Counted from the stretch's first letter, positions 1 through 9,912 are shown. The stretch is 64,000 bases of DNA from Candidatus Thorarchaeota archaeon (GCA_029855935.1 JAGSHN010000004.1:1-64000), one strand, 5' to 3'. The notes: generated by a model not told the origin, from the letters alone. Translations and numbers: made by a program.

Positions 1-165
1 GCCCCTATGGGGAATTAGCGCCAGTTTCCCGGCGTTATGCCCCTCCGCAGGGTAGGTTAGCGACACTACTGAGCCGTTCGCGACGGACTCGGATGCGAGC
101 CCGTTCCACTTGCATGTCTTAACCCCAAGCCGATAGCAGTGTCCTCTAGCAGGATCAACTAGAGT
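1..165 (-). rRNA. rrs: 16S rRNA, 5' end (runs off window)
   Basis: Reverse complement reads ACTCTAGTTGATCCTGCTAGAGGACACTGCTATCGG...AAGACATGCAAGT...ACGGCTCAGTA...GGGAAACTGG, the archaeal SSU rRNA 5' pattern. Confidence 0.96.
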
Positions 166-482
166 TGATCGGACTGTACAGGTTCGGCAAGGTGAACGAC
201 CGGGGGTTGAACCGGTGCGCTGCACAGTCCAATGCACACTTGAGCTTTGGTGAAGTACAGGCCAGACGGGATGGCAGGGAAGCTCACCCCGCACTGTCTG
301 CACACTGTTGAGCATATCTTAGACATGAGGGCATTCTGACACGAGAATCTACGTGCCAGTCTATCTCACGTCCGCATGGATGTCCTCGCATCTGGAAAGC
401 ACGGACCGTCATCCACCGGAGTATCCGGCGTCAGGCCTGACACCGTTGGATGCGAGTCGCATACTCTATCGCGAGTGATGTG

Positions 483-498
483 AATAAAAACCTTTCCA
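483..498 (-). promoter_or_regulatory. BRE/TATA promoter for the rRNA precursor
   Basis: Minus strand GGAAAGG-TTTTTATT about 320 nt upstream of the 16S 5' end, followed by a hairpin-rich leader. Confidence 0.7.
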
Positions 499-562
499 AG
501 CAGACTCTGCAGAGAGGGCCTCTACAGCCGGAGAGGGGCAATCGCTGTCACAAGAACGGAGT

Positions 563-660
563 GGTGTGATGGAAGGGCGGGGCAGCCCCGCCATCCGGTC
601 GCAACGGAGGGACAGCCCCCAGTTGCAGTGTGCAGTCGTCGGTCTCTTCCATCGGTCACC
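563..660 (-). ncRNA. Candidate structured small RNA upstream of the rRNA promoter
   Basis: GGTG/CACC and GATGGAAG/CTTCCATC terminal helix enclosing two hairpins; TTTATATT box starts at 686, about 26 nt upstream. Confidence 0.45.
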
Positions 661-810
661 CTCATGATAGCAGTACATAATATAAAGCGACAATGAACGA
701 AGAAGCTAGAGGAATCATACATACAGAACTACATCACAACATGAGTCAAAAAGGAGAGCCACACATCATACTGTGAGCCTGACAAGACACTTCTCGGACG
801 GCGAGTGTGA

Positions 811-1431
811 ATGCAGGAGACACTACTACAACTCATCCGGCTTGACCTGCTCTTGGAGGCTCTGGCGGGCGCGATGGCGTGGACAATTAGTCACCATGCC
901 AACAAGGCGTTCAGGCTCACAGGCCAGAAGAGGCTCTCAGACCTGTCAAGCGGATTTCTCGTACTTTCTGCAGCGATGTTCGGGCGCGTCATTGGCACGC
1001 TGTACTTTGCGGCACTGGGCGGGTCGGGGCATCTCCTTGCTGTTGTGGCCATAGCCTACGGTAGCCTGAAGATCATGGCCTACCTGCTGTTCTTGATATC
1101 GACGAGGCCCTCACGTGAGGTCCAGACATCAACAGTCAACGGTCAGACGGGTCTGCTCCTCGCGCTACCCATCCTGATAGACCCCAACCTCGACCTTGTT
1201 GCCATAATCGTCCTCCTGTTGGTCGTACTCCAGTCCCTGATGAACTATCTCGCTCACCGTTCTAGGTACGCACTATTCGCACTGGCCGGGTTCCTGCTTC
1301 TGCTTCTCAGCCACCTCGCGAGTGCGCTGGCGCAGATGGAGTTCCGAGGATACCTTGTCAGCCAATTCCTGCAGTTCCTAGGACTGACTGCATTTCTGAC
1401 AATGCTCATCAGGACGGGCAAAGAAGAATGA
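811..1431 (+). CDS. Multi-pass membrane protein (about 6-7 TM), unknown function
   Basis: 206 aa of alternating hydrophobic segments; ATGA overlap with next gene. Confidence 0.75.
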   Translation: MQETLLQLIRLDLLLEALAGAMAWTISHHANKAFRLTGQKRLSDLSSGFLVLSAAMFGRVIGTLYFAALGGSGHLLAVVAIAYGSLKIMAYLLFLISTRPSREVQTSTVNGQTGLLLALPILIDPNLDLVAIIVLLLVVLQSLMNYLAHRSRYALFALAGFLLLLLSHLASALAQMEFRGYLVSQFLQFLGLTAFLTMLIRTGKEE

Positions 1432-1721
1432 GGTCCAAGAAACCCTATCGCTCGAAGATGCGCATCTTAGTGGACATGATGCGCGCCATTCGTGATGAGG
1501 GTGACGATGGGGCCGGCCCGACAAGGATACTGTATGCTGCGAACCTGTCCCACGACCGTCTGAAGCAATATCTTGAGGAACTCCTTGATAAGGGGCTGAT
1601 CGAGGAGGTACTGGGGAGCAACGGCAGTCGGACATACACGCTCACCGACAAGGGACGCGAGTTCCTACGCGAGTTCGTCAAGATTGAACGATTCTCGCAA
1701 GCGTTCGGTATTGAGATATAG
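1428..1721 (+). CDS. Archaeal winged-helix transcription regulator (HTH_45-like)
   Basis: YRSKMRILVD...PTRILYAANLS...YLEELLDKGLI...YTLTDKGREFL. Confidence 0.88.
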   Translation: MRSKKPYRSKMRILVDMMRAIRDEGDDGAGPTRILYAANLSHDRLKQYLEELLDKGLIEEVLGSNGSRTYTLTDKGREFLREFVKIERFSQAFGIEI

Positions 1722-1880
1722 ACTGCATTGCTGTGCCGACGGACCAGAGAATACCAAGCGAGGCAATGCCCACCGCTTCGGAACGCCCTGCGCAGGCCGT
1801 CTCCGTCCCCAGGTTAGGTCGTTTCGGAATCGACTGCAGGAACAAGGATTTAAGGGGATACAATTCAGAGATGAGAGCGT

Positions 1881-1957
1881 GGGCCGGTAGATCAGCCTGG
1901 CAGATCGTCTGGTTCGCATCCAGAAGGTCGCGAGTTCAAATCTCGCCCGGTCCACCA
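1881..1957 (+). tRNA. tRNA-Ala(CGC)
   Basis: Cloverleaf; TCTGG-TTCGCAT-CCAGA anticodon arm; G3:U70 identity pair; encoded CCA. Confidence 0.97.
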
Positions 1958-2048
1958 TCACCATCCCTTTCTCATCATCATCGTGCTGCTGTTAACTCCG
2001 TGGACTCCGCATGCAAACTGATTTAACTATAGACAACTATCAGGGGGT

Positions 2049-2441
2049 ATGGTCGACATTCTTAGAAAGAGATCCGACCACGGATTCGAGGAGACCGTGG
2101 AGCGGGTGAAGAGGACTTGCGAGGAGGAGGGATTCACCATCTTGATGTCAAAGGACATGGATGCCGTCTTCAGGGAGAAACTGGGAGCCCATATGGAACG
2201 CTACACGTTGATATTGGCCTGTGCGCCTGACCTCGCCAAGCGTGCTATGGACGTGTCACGAGATGTGGGACTGCTCATGCCGTGCAGCTTCGTCGTCTAC
2301 GAGGAGGACGGAGAGGTGACCGTAGCGCACACGTCGATCATGCGAGCGGCTGTGGAGATTGGACTGGCACCGGAGGACAGGATGGAGGACATCATAGCCG
2401 ACACTGGGAGACGCGTCAGGGCCATATGGGAGCGACTGTGA
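2049..2441 (+). CDS. DUF302 family protein
   Basis: ILACAP...VGLLMPCSFVVYE motif. Confidence 0.88.
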   Translation: MVDILRKRSDHGFEETVERVKRTCEEEGFTILMSKDMDAVFREKLGAHMERYTLILACAPDLAKRAMDVSRDVGLLMPCSFVVYEEDGEVTVAHTSIMRAAVEIGLAPEDRMEDIIADTGRRVRAIWERL

Positions 2442-2461
2442 CCCACCGTTGGTGATATGTC

Positions 2462-3250
2462 TTGAGGGATGCGCTTCGGGAGCAATGGGAGAGCAATGCA
2501 GAGGCCTATGCAGAGCTAATAGGCGGTGTCGGAACACCATTCCATCAGCAGATCCTAGTGCCAGCCCTCGACCGTCTGATTGGCGAGGTATCAGGCATCC
2601 GCCTGCTTGACGCGGGATGCGGAGAGGGCTATCTGTCAAGGCGATATGCGAGGCGTGGCGCTAGAGTTGTCGGCATCGACATATCTGAGCGTTTGATACG
2701 TCTTTGCCGGTTGCGCGCCGAGGAGGAGGGTCTGGACATAGAGTATCGTGTTGGCGATGTCTGTGACCTCAGCGACATCGAGGCAGCAAGCTTCGATGTT
2801 GTGCTTAGTAATCTCGTTCTATTGAACGTTCCATGTCTTGAGGTGGCTCTGCGAGAATTCAACCGGGTCCTTGTGGATGGCGGGAGAGTCGTCTTCTCCA
2901 TCGTGCATCCCGCCTTCGACTTCTACGGTCCTGGCAGATGGGAAATGGGAGAGAAGGACAGACAGACGCGGAGGAGAAGAGGGTTACACTTCGTTGTTGA
3001 TCGTTATGCGGACGAGCGGTCCTATGAGAGAGTCTGGAGAACCAAGACTGGCGACCCATTTCCGAGACCCATAACCTTCTACCATCGCATGATATCCACC
3101 TATGCACGGGTGATACGCAGCACCGGGTTCATAGTCGATATCATCGACGAACCAACTCCTGTGGTCGATGACCCGTTCTTTGACAGGGAGAAACGCATAC
3201 CGATGTTCATGGTGTTCAGACTATTGAAGGAGAGAGACATAGTACAATGA
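2462..3250 (+). CDS. Class I SAM-dependent methyltransferase
   Basis: LLDAGCGEG motif I, VVGIDIS, SFDVVLS. Confidence 0.92.
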   Translation: MRDALREQWESNAEAYAELIGGVGTPFHQQILVPALDRLIGEVSGIRLLDAGCGEGYLSRRYARRGARVVGIDISERLIRLCRLRAEEEGLDIEYRVGDVCDLSDIEAASFDVVLSNLVLLNVPCLEVALREFNRVLVDGGRVVFSIVHPAFDFYGPGRWEMGEKDRQTRRRRGLHFVVDRYADERSYERVWRTKTGDPFPRPITFYHRMISTYARVIRSTGFIVDIIDEPTPVVDDPFFDREKRIPMFMVFRLLKERDIVQ

Positions 3251-3711
3251 CGCAACATTCGGGTGACAAGTCGGGAGAACACTCTCTTGAGGAGCCAAGA
3301 GAGTTCGATGTCAGTGTGAGATGGAATATTGAACAGAACCACGGAGAGGCCATGGTGAAGGGACAGCCCCCCATCAGAGTGGGACGACCGCCAGAGAACC
3401 TCACACCTGAGCACCTGGTGGTGGCAGCTGTCACGACTTGCTTTGTGAACTCTTTCGTCTATTTCACGAAGAAGATGCACATAGAGTTCAAGTCTATCGT
3501 GGCCGATGGCACTGGTGTCCTTGAGAGAGTGGGACGGAGCTTCGAGATCACGCGGATCACCGTACGGGCAACTGCGGTCATATCAGAGGAGGACTTGCGC
3601 CATCGAATGGAACGCGCCCTAGAGCTGGGAGCCAAGTACTGCTTCGTCGGAAACAGCCTGAAGAGCAAGCCAGAGTACTCGTTCCAAGTGATTGTCGAGG
3701 GGAGCGGATAG
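3247..3711 (+). CDS. OsmC/Ohr family protein
   Basis: TPEHLVVAAVTTC ... KYCFVGNSL two-Cys pattern. Confidence 0.88.
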   Translation: MTQHSGDKSGEHSLEEPREFDVSVRWNIEQNHGEAMVKGQPPIRVGRPPENLTPEHLVVAAVTTCFVNSFVYFTKKMHIEFKSIVADGTGVLERVGRSFEITRITVRATAVISEEDLRHRMERALELGAKYCFVGNSLKSKPEYSFQVIVEGSG

Positions 3712-3790
3712 CACAGAGATATCACCTCGCCACGACCTAACCCTTTTTGTGTACTGCGAACATCGCGGTGAAACAGCAAGGTGAAACCTA

Positions 3791-4231
3791 ATGAGCGAGG
3801 AATCACATAAGTATGAGGTGAGAGTCGACTGGGACAGGGACAGAATAGGCAGCCTGACCATTGAGGGGAAACCGACCGTCCAAGTGGCCACACCGCCGGA
3901 GTTCGAGGGAGGAGTGCCGGGGATAATCTCGCCGGAGGATCTCTTTGTCGCATCGGCAGCTGCCTGCATGATGACGACCTTTGTCACCTTCTCAAAGAAG
4001 ATGCGATTCGAGTTCAAGGCCTTCTCGTGCAAGGGAACTGGTACTCTGGAGAGAGTCGAGAAGGGGTTCCAGTTCACACATATCCTGCTTGAGTCGACCG
4101 TGGTCGTGGACTCTGAGGATATCAGGCACAAGGCTGAGAGAGCACTCGAGCTGGCGGGGAAGTATTGTCTTGTGTCGAACAGTATGAGATGTACTGTAGA
4201 ACACAGAAACACGGTCGTTGTGCAGGAGTAG
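3791..4231 (+). CDS. OsmC/Ohr family protein
   Basis: PPEFEGG..SPEDLFVASAAAC ... KYCLVSNSM. Confidence 0.92.
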   Translation: MSEESHKYEVRVDWDRDRIGSLTIEGKPTVQVATPPEFEGGVPGIISPEDLFVASAAACMMTTFVTFSKKMRFEFKAFSCKGTGTLERVEKGFQFTHILLESTVVVDSEDIRHKAERALELAGKYCLVSNSMRCTVEHRNTVVVQE

Positions 4232-4277
4232 ATGGATCCACTGGAGGGGATGGTGATGCATAGACGGTACAGACCGT

Positions 4278-6749
4278 CTATGACGCATCACCACTGGAGG
4301 GCGGCCTGATGAAGATGGACTCGCCAGAGTCGGGAATCTGTATCTCGACGAGAGTCTTGTCATCGGGTCGTCCAAAGCCCAGCTTCTCAATCCCGTGCAT
4401 GGCCTTGATGTCCTTCGCCCACGGCCTAAGGCTCTCGGGCACAAACGCCTCAGGCAGTCCGTGACGCAGGGACAGATTGTTCTCTCGCTTGAACTTCCAG
4501 AAGGCGCCATTCGTCTGCATGACCAGCGCTGTGAACTCACAGAGTGGTGACTCCCACTCGTCGTTGATCGTCGGATAGGGCTGCCTGTGAACACCCTTCT
4601 TGTCATAGAGCTCGCGATAGATCTTGTCGGTGATGAAGGGCGTCATTGGGGCCAGTGCGCGGAGAATGACTCGCAGGGTTTCGTGAAGTGTGAACCATGC
4701 AGACCGCTGCTCACGCTCCGTAAAGTCGTTGTTGGTGTTGAAGCAGCGCCCCTTGAGCATCTCCAACACGTGGTCTGCAAAGAAGCCCCACGTGAACCGG
4801 CGGATCTCAATGGCAGGCTTGTGAAAGTCCAGCAACTCGCAACTGGAGGTGATTGTCTTCACCATGTTGTTCGCCTCTGCGAGAATCCACTGGTCCACGG
4901 GCGTCAGTTCGTTGAATCTCATCGGATCGGGCACCGGGAACATCGAGATGAAACGGGCGATATTCCACAGCTTTGTCATGAATCTTGTGACACCTCCGAG
5001 ACGCTCCTCGGAGAAGCGTATGTCGCTGCCCAGTCCTGCCTCGAGAACTCCAAAGAGGCGCATAGCGTCAGCTCCGTACTTGTCTATGAGGGGGCCGGGA
5101 GGAGGCGAGTTGCCACGGGACTTGCTCATCTTCTCACCCTTCTCATCCACCACATGGCCAGAGATCCAGACCTCCTTGAAAGCGGGCTTCCCAAGCAGCT
5201 GGTACGTCCTCAGGAGGGAGTAGTACAACCAGGTCCTCACAATCTCCTTGCCCTGCGGACGAATGACATTGCCAAAGGCGCGTTTGAACAGCTCCTCGTC
5301 TCGCAGGAAGCCGATTATGTAGAGGCCGCTGATGGACGAGTCCATCCAAGTGTCAAACGTACGCTCCTCGCCTCTGAAGCCCTCTGAGGCACCACACTTG
5401 GGGCACTTGTCGAACGGCGGATCTTCGCACCACGGTTGATAGTATCGCAGCTCACCGGACTCGGGAACAATCGCTGCACCACAGGCGTTACAGTACCAGA
5501 CAGGAATCTCCGTGCCGTAGTATCGTCGTCTGCTGATGGGCCAATCCACAGAGACACGGTCAATCCAGTCAAGCAGTATCTGCTTGTGGAACTCCGGATA
5601 GAACTTCATCTGGTCTGCCACTTCACGAATCTTGTCCACAAACTCCGTCTGCTTGAGATAGAACTCATCCATGGCGATGAACTCGATGGGGGTCTTGCTC
5701 CTCCAGCAGAGCGGTACCCTCTGGAGGGTGGGCTCCTGTTTGAATAACAGCCCAGCGGCCTTTAGGTCCTCGATTATGCGCTTCCGTGCCTCCGCCACTG
5801 GTAGTCCTGCATACTTTCCCGCAGCCTCCGTCATAGTCCCATCAGGAGATATTGCTGCTATGGGCTTCAGCGCATAGTCACGGAACGCCATCACGTCTGC
5901 CATGTCACCATAGCTGCACACCATCAACGCGCCAGTCCCGAACTCCATCTGGGCAGTTGGACTGGCGATTATGGGCACCTCAAAGTTGAACAGCGGCACC
6001 TTGGCCTTCTTGCCCACATAGTCACGGTATCGCTCGTCATCAGGATGGACGAACACAGCACCACACGCACAGAGTAACTCCGGCCGTGTCGTCGCAATCT
6101 CGAGAGGCTTCATCCCCTCGACCTCGAAGTAGAGATAGTTGAGCGTGCTCTCACGCTCCGCGTACTCCACCTCAGCATCTGCGATCGTGGTCTTACAGTC
6201 GAAGCACCAGTTGTTGGGCCGATAGTCCGTATAGACCAGTCCTCGGTTCCACAGCTCGATGAATGTTGCCTGCGTGACTGCACGATATTCTGGGCTGTCT
6301 GTACGATAGCTCCCCTCACGCTCATAGGTGTTGAATCCAATCCCGAATCGTCTGAAGGCCTCAATCACCTCTTCTTCATAGACGTCGAGTTGCTCCTTGC
6401 ACTTCGACACGAACTCTGCGCGTGGCGTGGAGTGCATTGACAGCCCGAACTCCTTCTCAACTCGTAGTTCGACTGGCAGGCCATTCCGGTCAATGCCCAG
6501 AGGAAAGTTCACCTCAAGACCCTGCATTCGTCGATAGCGGGCAATCATGTCGATCTGGGTATAGTGGAGCATCTGCCCCAGGTGAACGTGCCCTGAGAGA
6601 TATGGTGGGGGCGTGTCAACACTGTAGATGGGCCGCTCAGAGGCGGGGTTGAATTCGTAGGTCTTCTCCTCCTCCCAGCGGCCGATTAGCTCCTCCTCTG
6701 CAGAGGGTTTCCAGCGTTTCGTGGTAAGTGCAGGCTTGAACTTTGACAC
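4278..6749 (-). CDS. valS: Valyl-tRNA synthetase
   Basis: DTPPPYLSGHVHLGQ (HIGH), ATTRPELL, DWPISRRR, KMSKS. Confidence 0.95.
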   Translation of the reverse strand: MSKFKPALTTKRWKPSAEEELIGRWEEEKTYEFNPASERPIYSVDTPPPYLSGHVHLGQMLHYTQIDMIARYRRMQGLEVNFPLGIDRNGLPVELRVEKEFGLSMHSTPRAEFVSKCKEQLDVYEEEVIEAFRRFGIGFNTYEREGSYRTDSPEYRAVTQATFIELWNRGLVYTDYRPNNWCFDCKTTIADAEVEYAERESTLNYLYFEVEGMKPLEIATTRPELLCACGAVFVHPDDERYRDYVGKKAKVPLFNFEVPIIASPTAQMEFGTGALMVCSYGDMADVMAFRDYALKPIAAISPDGTMTEAAGKYAGLPVAEARKRIIEDLKAAGLLFKQEPTLQRVPLCWRSKTPIEFIAMDEFYLKQTEFVDKIREVADQMKFYPEFHKQILLDWIDRVSVDWPISRRRYYGTEIPVWYCNACGAAIVPESGELRYYQPWCEDPPFDKCPKCGASEGFRGEERTFDTWMDSSISGLYIIGFLRDEELFKRAFGNVIRPQGKEIVRTWLYYSLLRTYQLLGKPAFKEVWISGHVVDEKGEKMSKSRGNSPPPGPLIDKYGADAMRLFGVLEAGLGSDIRFSEERLGGVTRFMTKLWNIARFISMFPVPDPMRFNELTPVDQWILAEANNMVKTITSSCELLDFHKPAIEIRRFTWGFFADHVLEMLKGRCFNTNNDFTEREQRSAWFTLHETLRVILRALAPMTPFITDKIYRELYDKKGVHRQPYPTINDEWESPLCEFTALVMQTNGAFWKFKRENNLSLRHGLPEAFVPESLRPWAKDIKAMHGIEKLGFGRPDDKTLVEIQIPDSGESIFIRPPSSGDAS

Positions 6750-6959
6750 CGCGCCTCGACTCCTTGTTGATGTCGACTGTGATTTTCAGCCACACAACTC
6801 AAGCGGTTCACAAGCTGTACTACTAAAAGAGTTTCTGGCCAATTGGGGTTAACCAGCACCTGAAAGTATATTGCGAAAATTCGAGGAGTTGGTCTATTCG
6901 AGAAACCTTCTTTAACAAAGGCCCCCAGTCTGAGTGGAGAGAACGGAGAGGCAGCAACG

Positions 6960-7649
6960 GTGCAGCTAGTCGTGAAGATAGGCGGTTCTCTGCTCTATGA
7001 CGAGAACGGACATGCCCATCTCGACAAGATCAGAGGACTGGCAGGCGCGCTTCGCGCAGTTATGGACGACGGCCATCAGCTGGTGGTCGTCGTGGGTGGA
7101 GGAAGACCTGCCCGTACATTCATATCGGCTGCACGTGCACTTGGTGCCAACGAAACCCAATGCGACTGGATTGGGATCAAGGTCGCCAGACTCAATGCCG
7201 AACTGCTCTGCGCCGCACTAGGAGAGTACGCCTATCCAAAGATAGTGGAGGACCTCGACGAACTTGAGGTGGCCAGGCACACCGGGAGGGCGGTCCTGAT
7301 GGGAGGACTGATCCCCGGCCAGTCGACTAATGCGGTGGCAGCGGTAGCCGCTGAGATTGTGGGCGCAGACCTGCTTCTGAACGCGACGAACGTCGACGGC
7401 GTCTACGACCGTGACCCGAAGGAGAGTGGGGCGCGAAAACTCGAGAGAGTGACCGTGAGCGAACTGGACCGGATACTCTCCGGGGGCGGCACCCGTGCGG
7501 GGGAGTACCGGCTCTTCGACCCAGTCGCGATACGTGTGGTTGGTCGTTCCCACATATCAACAGTAATATTCAATGGGAGTGACCCCACGAACATACTGAG
7601 GATTGTGCGCGGCGAGGACATCGGAACAAGGGTGATGCCGGACGGGTAG
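6960..7649 (+). CDS. pyrH: Uridylate kinase
   Basis: VVKIGGS, VVGGGRPAR, PGQSTNAVAA, TNVDGVYDRDP. Confidence 0.95.
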   Translation: MQLVVKIGGSLLYDENGHAHLDKIRGLAGALRAVMDDGHQLVVVVGGGRPARTFISAARALGANETQCDWIGIKVARLNAELLCAALGEYAYPKIVEDLDELEVARHTGRAVLMGGLIPGQSTNAVAAVAAEIVGADLLLNATNVDGVYDRDPKESGARKLERVTVSELDRILSGGGTRAGEYRLFDPVAIRVVGRSHISTVIFNGSDPTNILRIVRGEDIGTRVMPDG

Positions 7650-7662
7650 ATAGACGCATGAG

Positions 7663-7995
7663 ATGGGAGGGACGCAATCATTGAGACGGCTGCTGGAGAA
7701 GATATTCACCTCGCGAGCGCAGACTCGGGTCGTACAGCACTTTCTTGACCGACCGAAAGAGTTCTTCAATCTGAGCAGGATAGCCAGAGAAACGGGACTG
7801 GCACACTCCACAATCCACAGAGTTGTCAAGCCTCTCGTCAAGATGGGCATCGTGAAGGAGATCAGAGTGGGCCGCCAGATCAGACTCTTTGTCCTGGAGT
7901 CCGAGAGCCCCGTCGTAAAGGTTCTTGCACAGTTCTATGATGAGGTACGTCCACTGCTGGAATCCCTGCCCGAACCGTCAGAGACCGTGGAATAG
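7663..7995 (+). CDS. Winged-helix DNA-binding protein
   Basis: NLSRIARETGLAHSTIHRVVKPLVKMGIV HTH. Confidence 0.85.
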   Translation: MGGTQSLRRLLEKIFTSRAQTRVVQHFLDRPKEFFNLSRIARETGLAHSTIHRVVKPLVKMGIVKEIRVGRQIRLFVLESESPVVKVLAQFYDEVRPLLESLPEPSETVE

Positions 7996-8052
7996 ATTCT
8001 ATCACTACGGAAATGGCTATAAATCAAGACTCGAGAAATAAGGGATAGGAGT

Positions 8053-8161
8053 GCCGAGGTAGCCAAGTGGTCAACGGCGGTGGACTCAAGATCTTACGAC
8101 CACACGATGAGAGATCCACTCTCGTAGGAGTTCACGAGTTCGAATCTCGTCCTCGGCACCA
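8053..8161 (+). tRNA. tRNA-Leu(CAA) with 23-nt intron (8091-8113) at 37/38
   Basis: Long variable arm; BHB with CTCA/TGAG central helix and two 3-nt bulges; encoded CCA. Confidence 0.95.
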
Positions 8162-8202
8162 TCAACTCTCATCCTCTCTCGTCCACATCCCAACAATCTT
8201 TC

Positions 8203-9912
8203 TCAACTCATCATTCTCAGCAGGTCGTCGACAGACCGGGTGTTGATAACGTCCTCTGCAGTGAGCCAGCCACGCCGGGCCTGCGCAACACCAAACCGGA
8301 GGTTCTCCAGCTCCTGAGTCCGATGCGAGTCTGTGTTGATGGCGATGAGCAGGCCCATCTCCTTGGCAAGACGAAGATTTGCATCGTTCAGGTCGAGACG
8401 AACGGGATGAGAGTTCAACTCCATTATCACCTGATTCTCACGGGCCGCCTCGAAGACTCTCTCAAGGTCAATCTCGATTCTAGGTCGACGTAGAAGCATC
8501 CGTCCGGTCGGATGACCAAGAATGTCGACGTGCCTGTTCCCAAGAGCTGTGACCACCCGTTCGGTCATCGTTGCGCGGTCGTCCTTCAGGTGGGAGTGCA
8601 CGGACGCCACCACAACATCCAGCTGAGAGAGGACGCTGTCATCAAGATCGAGCTCCCCACTGGGAAGAATGTCCACCTCGATTCCCTTCAGTATCCGGAC
8701 CCTCCAGCGTCCCGAGGCGTTCAGCTCATCTATCCGGTCCATCTGGCGGAGAAGTCCCCCCTCGTCAAGCCCGCCAGCAATAGTCAGGCTCTTGGAGTGG
8801 TCGGAGATGCAGAGATACTCGTGCCCCAGAACCTCTGCCGCTGTGACCATCTCCTCAAGCGTGTTGGCACCATCTGACTGATTGGTATGAACGTGAAGGT
8901 CACCCTTGATGTCGTTGGGGGAGATGAGAATAGGAAGCTCGTTCTTTTGAGCCGCCTCAATCTCACCACGATCCTCCCTGAGCTCCGGGGGGATGAACTG
9001 CAGGCCCAGCGTAGAATAGATGTCCTGCTCCTCTCGCCCGGCGACCATTCGGTCCTTGTCAAAGAGGCCATACTCATTTAGCCGTAGACCCTTCCGCATT
9101 GCAATTGACCTGAGGTGAACATTGTGGTCCTTGCTGCCAGTGAAGTACTGCAGTCCAGCACCATAGCTCTCTTCAGCCAGCAGTCTGAGGTCTACCTGAG
9201 TCCCTCCACGAAGCCGGACTGACGTCTTTGTATCGCCGTGGACAAGCACATCAGCGGTCTCTGGACTGTTCATCAAAGCTCCTGCCACAGCCTCGCCATC
9301 ATCAGCACACACCAGTATGTCGATGTCACCAATTGTCTCCTTCCGGCGCCTGACTGATCCCGCGATGTCGATTCGTTTCACTGGGACCTGCGACCTTATG
9401 TGTTCCACAAGGCTCTCAGCGAGGGCCAGAGCGTCAGAGAGGAGCACACGTGACATTCCTGCACGGACCAGCGCTATTCCCTCAGATATCTGTTCAATCG
9501 TCTTGGTCCCAATTCCGCGTAGACCCTTGAGGCGACCCTCACGGATGGCGGCCTCGAGAGAGTCTAGGTCGGTCACCCCCAGCGACTCGTAGAGCGTCTT
9601 GATTGTCTTGGGCCCCACACCGGGAATCGCCTCCAACTCGGCCACTTTGACTGGAATCTTCTCACGTAGTGCCTCCAGTTTCTCGATGCGGCCCGTGCGG
9701 AGGTATTCCTCAATCTTCTTGGCAATCGACTTTCCAACGCCCGGAATGTCTGTGAGCTCACCCCGTGCGGCTATGGACTCAATGTCCTCTCCAAGTGACG
9801 ACACCGCCCGCGCGGCCCGGGCATATGCCCGCGGCTTGAATCTGTCCTTGCCCTCGACCTCTAGGAGTATGCTCATCTCGTGGAGCAGCTGGGCAAGTTC
9901 TCTGTTCTTCAT
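8203..9912 (-). CDS. polX: DNA polymerase X / PHP exonuclease (start MKNREL)
   Basis: HhH repeats IPGVGK, GSVRR, GDIDIL, QVDLR, YFTGSKDHN; PHP GDLHVHT...SDHS...NTDSH. Confidence 0.95.
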   Translation of the reverse strand: MKNRELAQLLHEMSILLEVEGKDRFKPRAYARAARAVSSLGEDIESIAARGELTDIPGVGKSIAKKIEEYLRTGRIEKLEALREKIPVKVAELEAIPGVGPKTIKTLYESLGVTDLDSLEAAIREGRLKGLRGIGTKTIEQISEGIALVRAGMSRVLLSDALALAESLVEHIRSQVPVKRIDIAGSVRRRKETIGDIDILVCADDGEAVAGALMNSPETADVLVHGDTKTSVRLRGGTQVDLRLLAEESYGAGLQYFTGSKDHNVHLRSIAMRKGLRLNEYGLFDKDRMVAGREEQDIYSTLGLQFIPPELREDRGEIEAAQKNELPILISPNDIKGDLHVHTNQSDGANTLEEMVTAAEVLGHEYLCISDHSKSLTIAGGLDEGGLLRQMDRIDELNASGRWRVRILKGIEVDILPSGELDLDDSVLSQLDVVVASVHSHLKDDRATMTERVVTALGNRHVDILGHPTGRMLLRRPRIEIDLERVFEAARENQVIMELNSHPVRLDLNDANLRLAKEMGLLIAINTDSHRTQELENLRFGVAQARRGWLTAEDVINTRSVDDLLRMMS

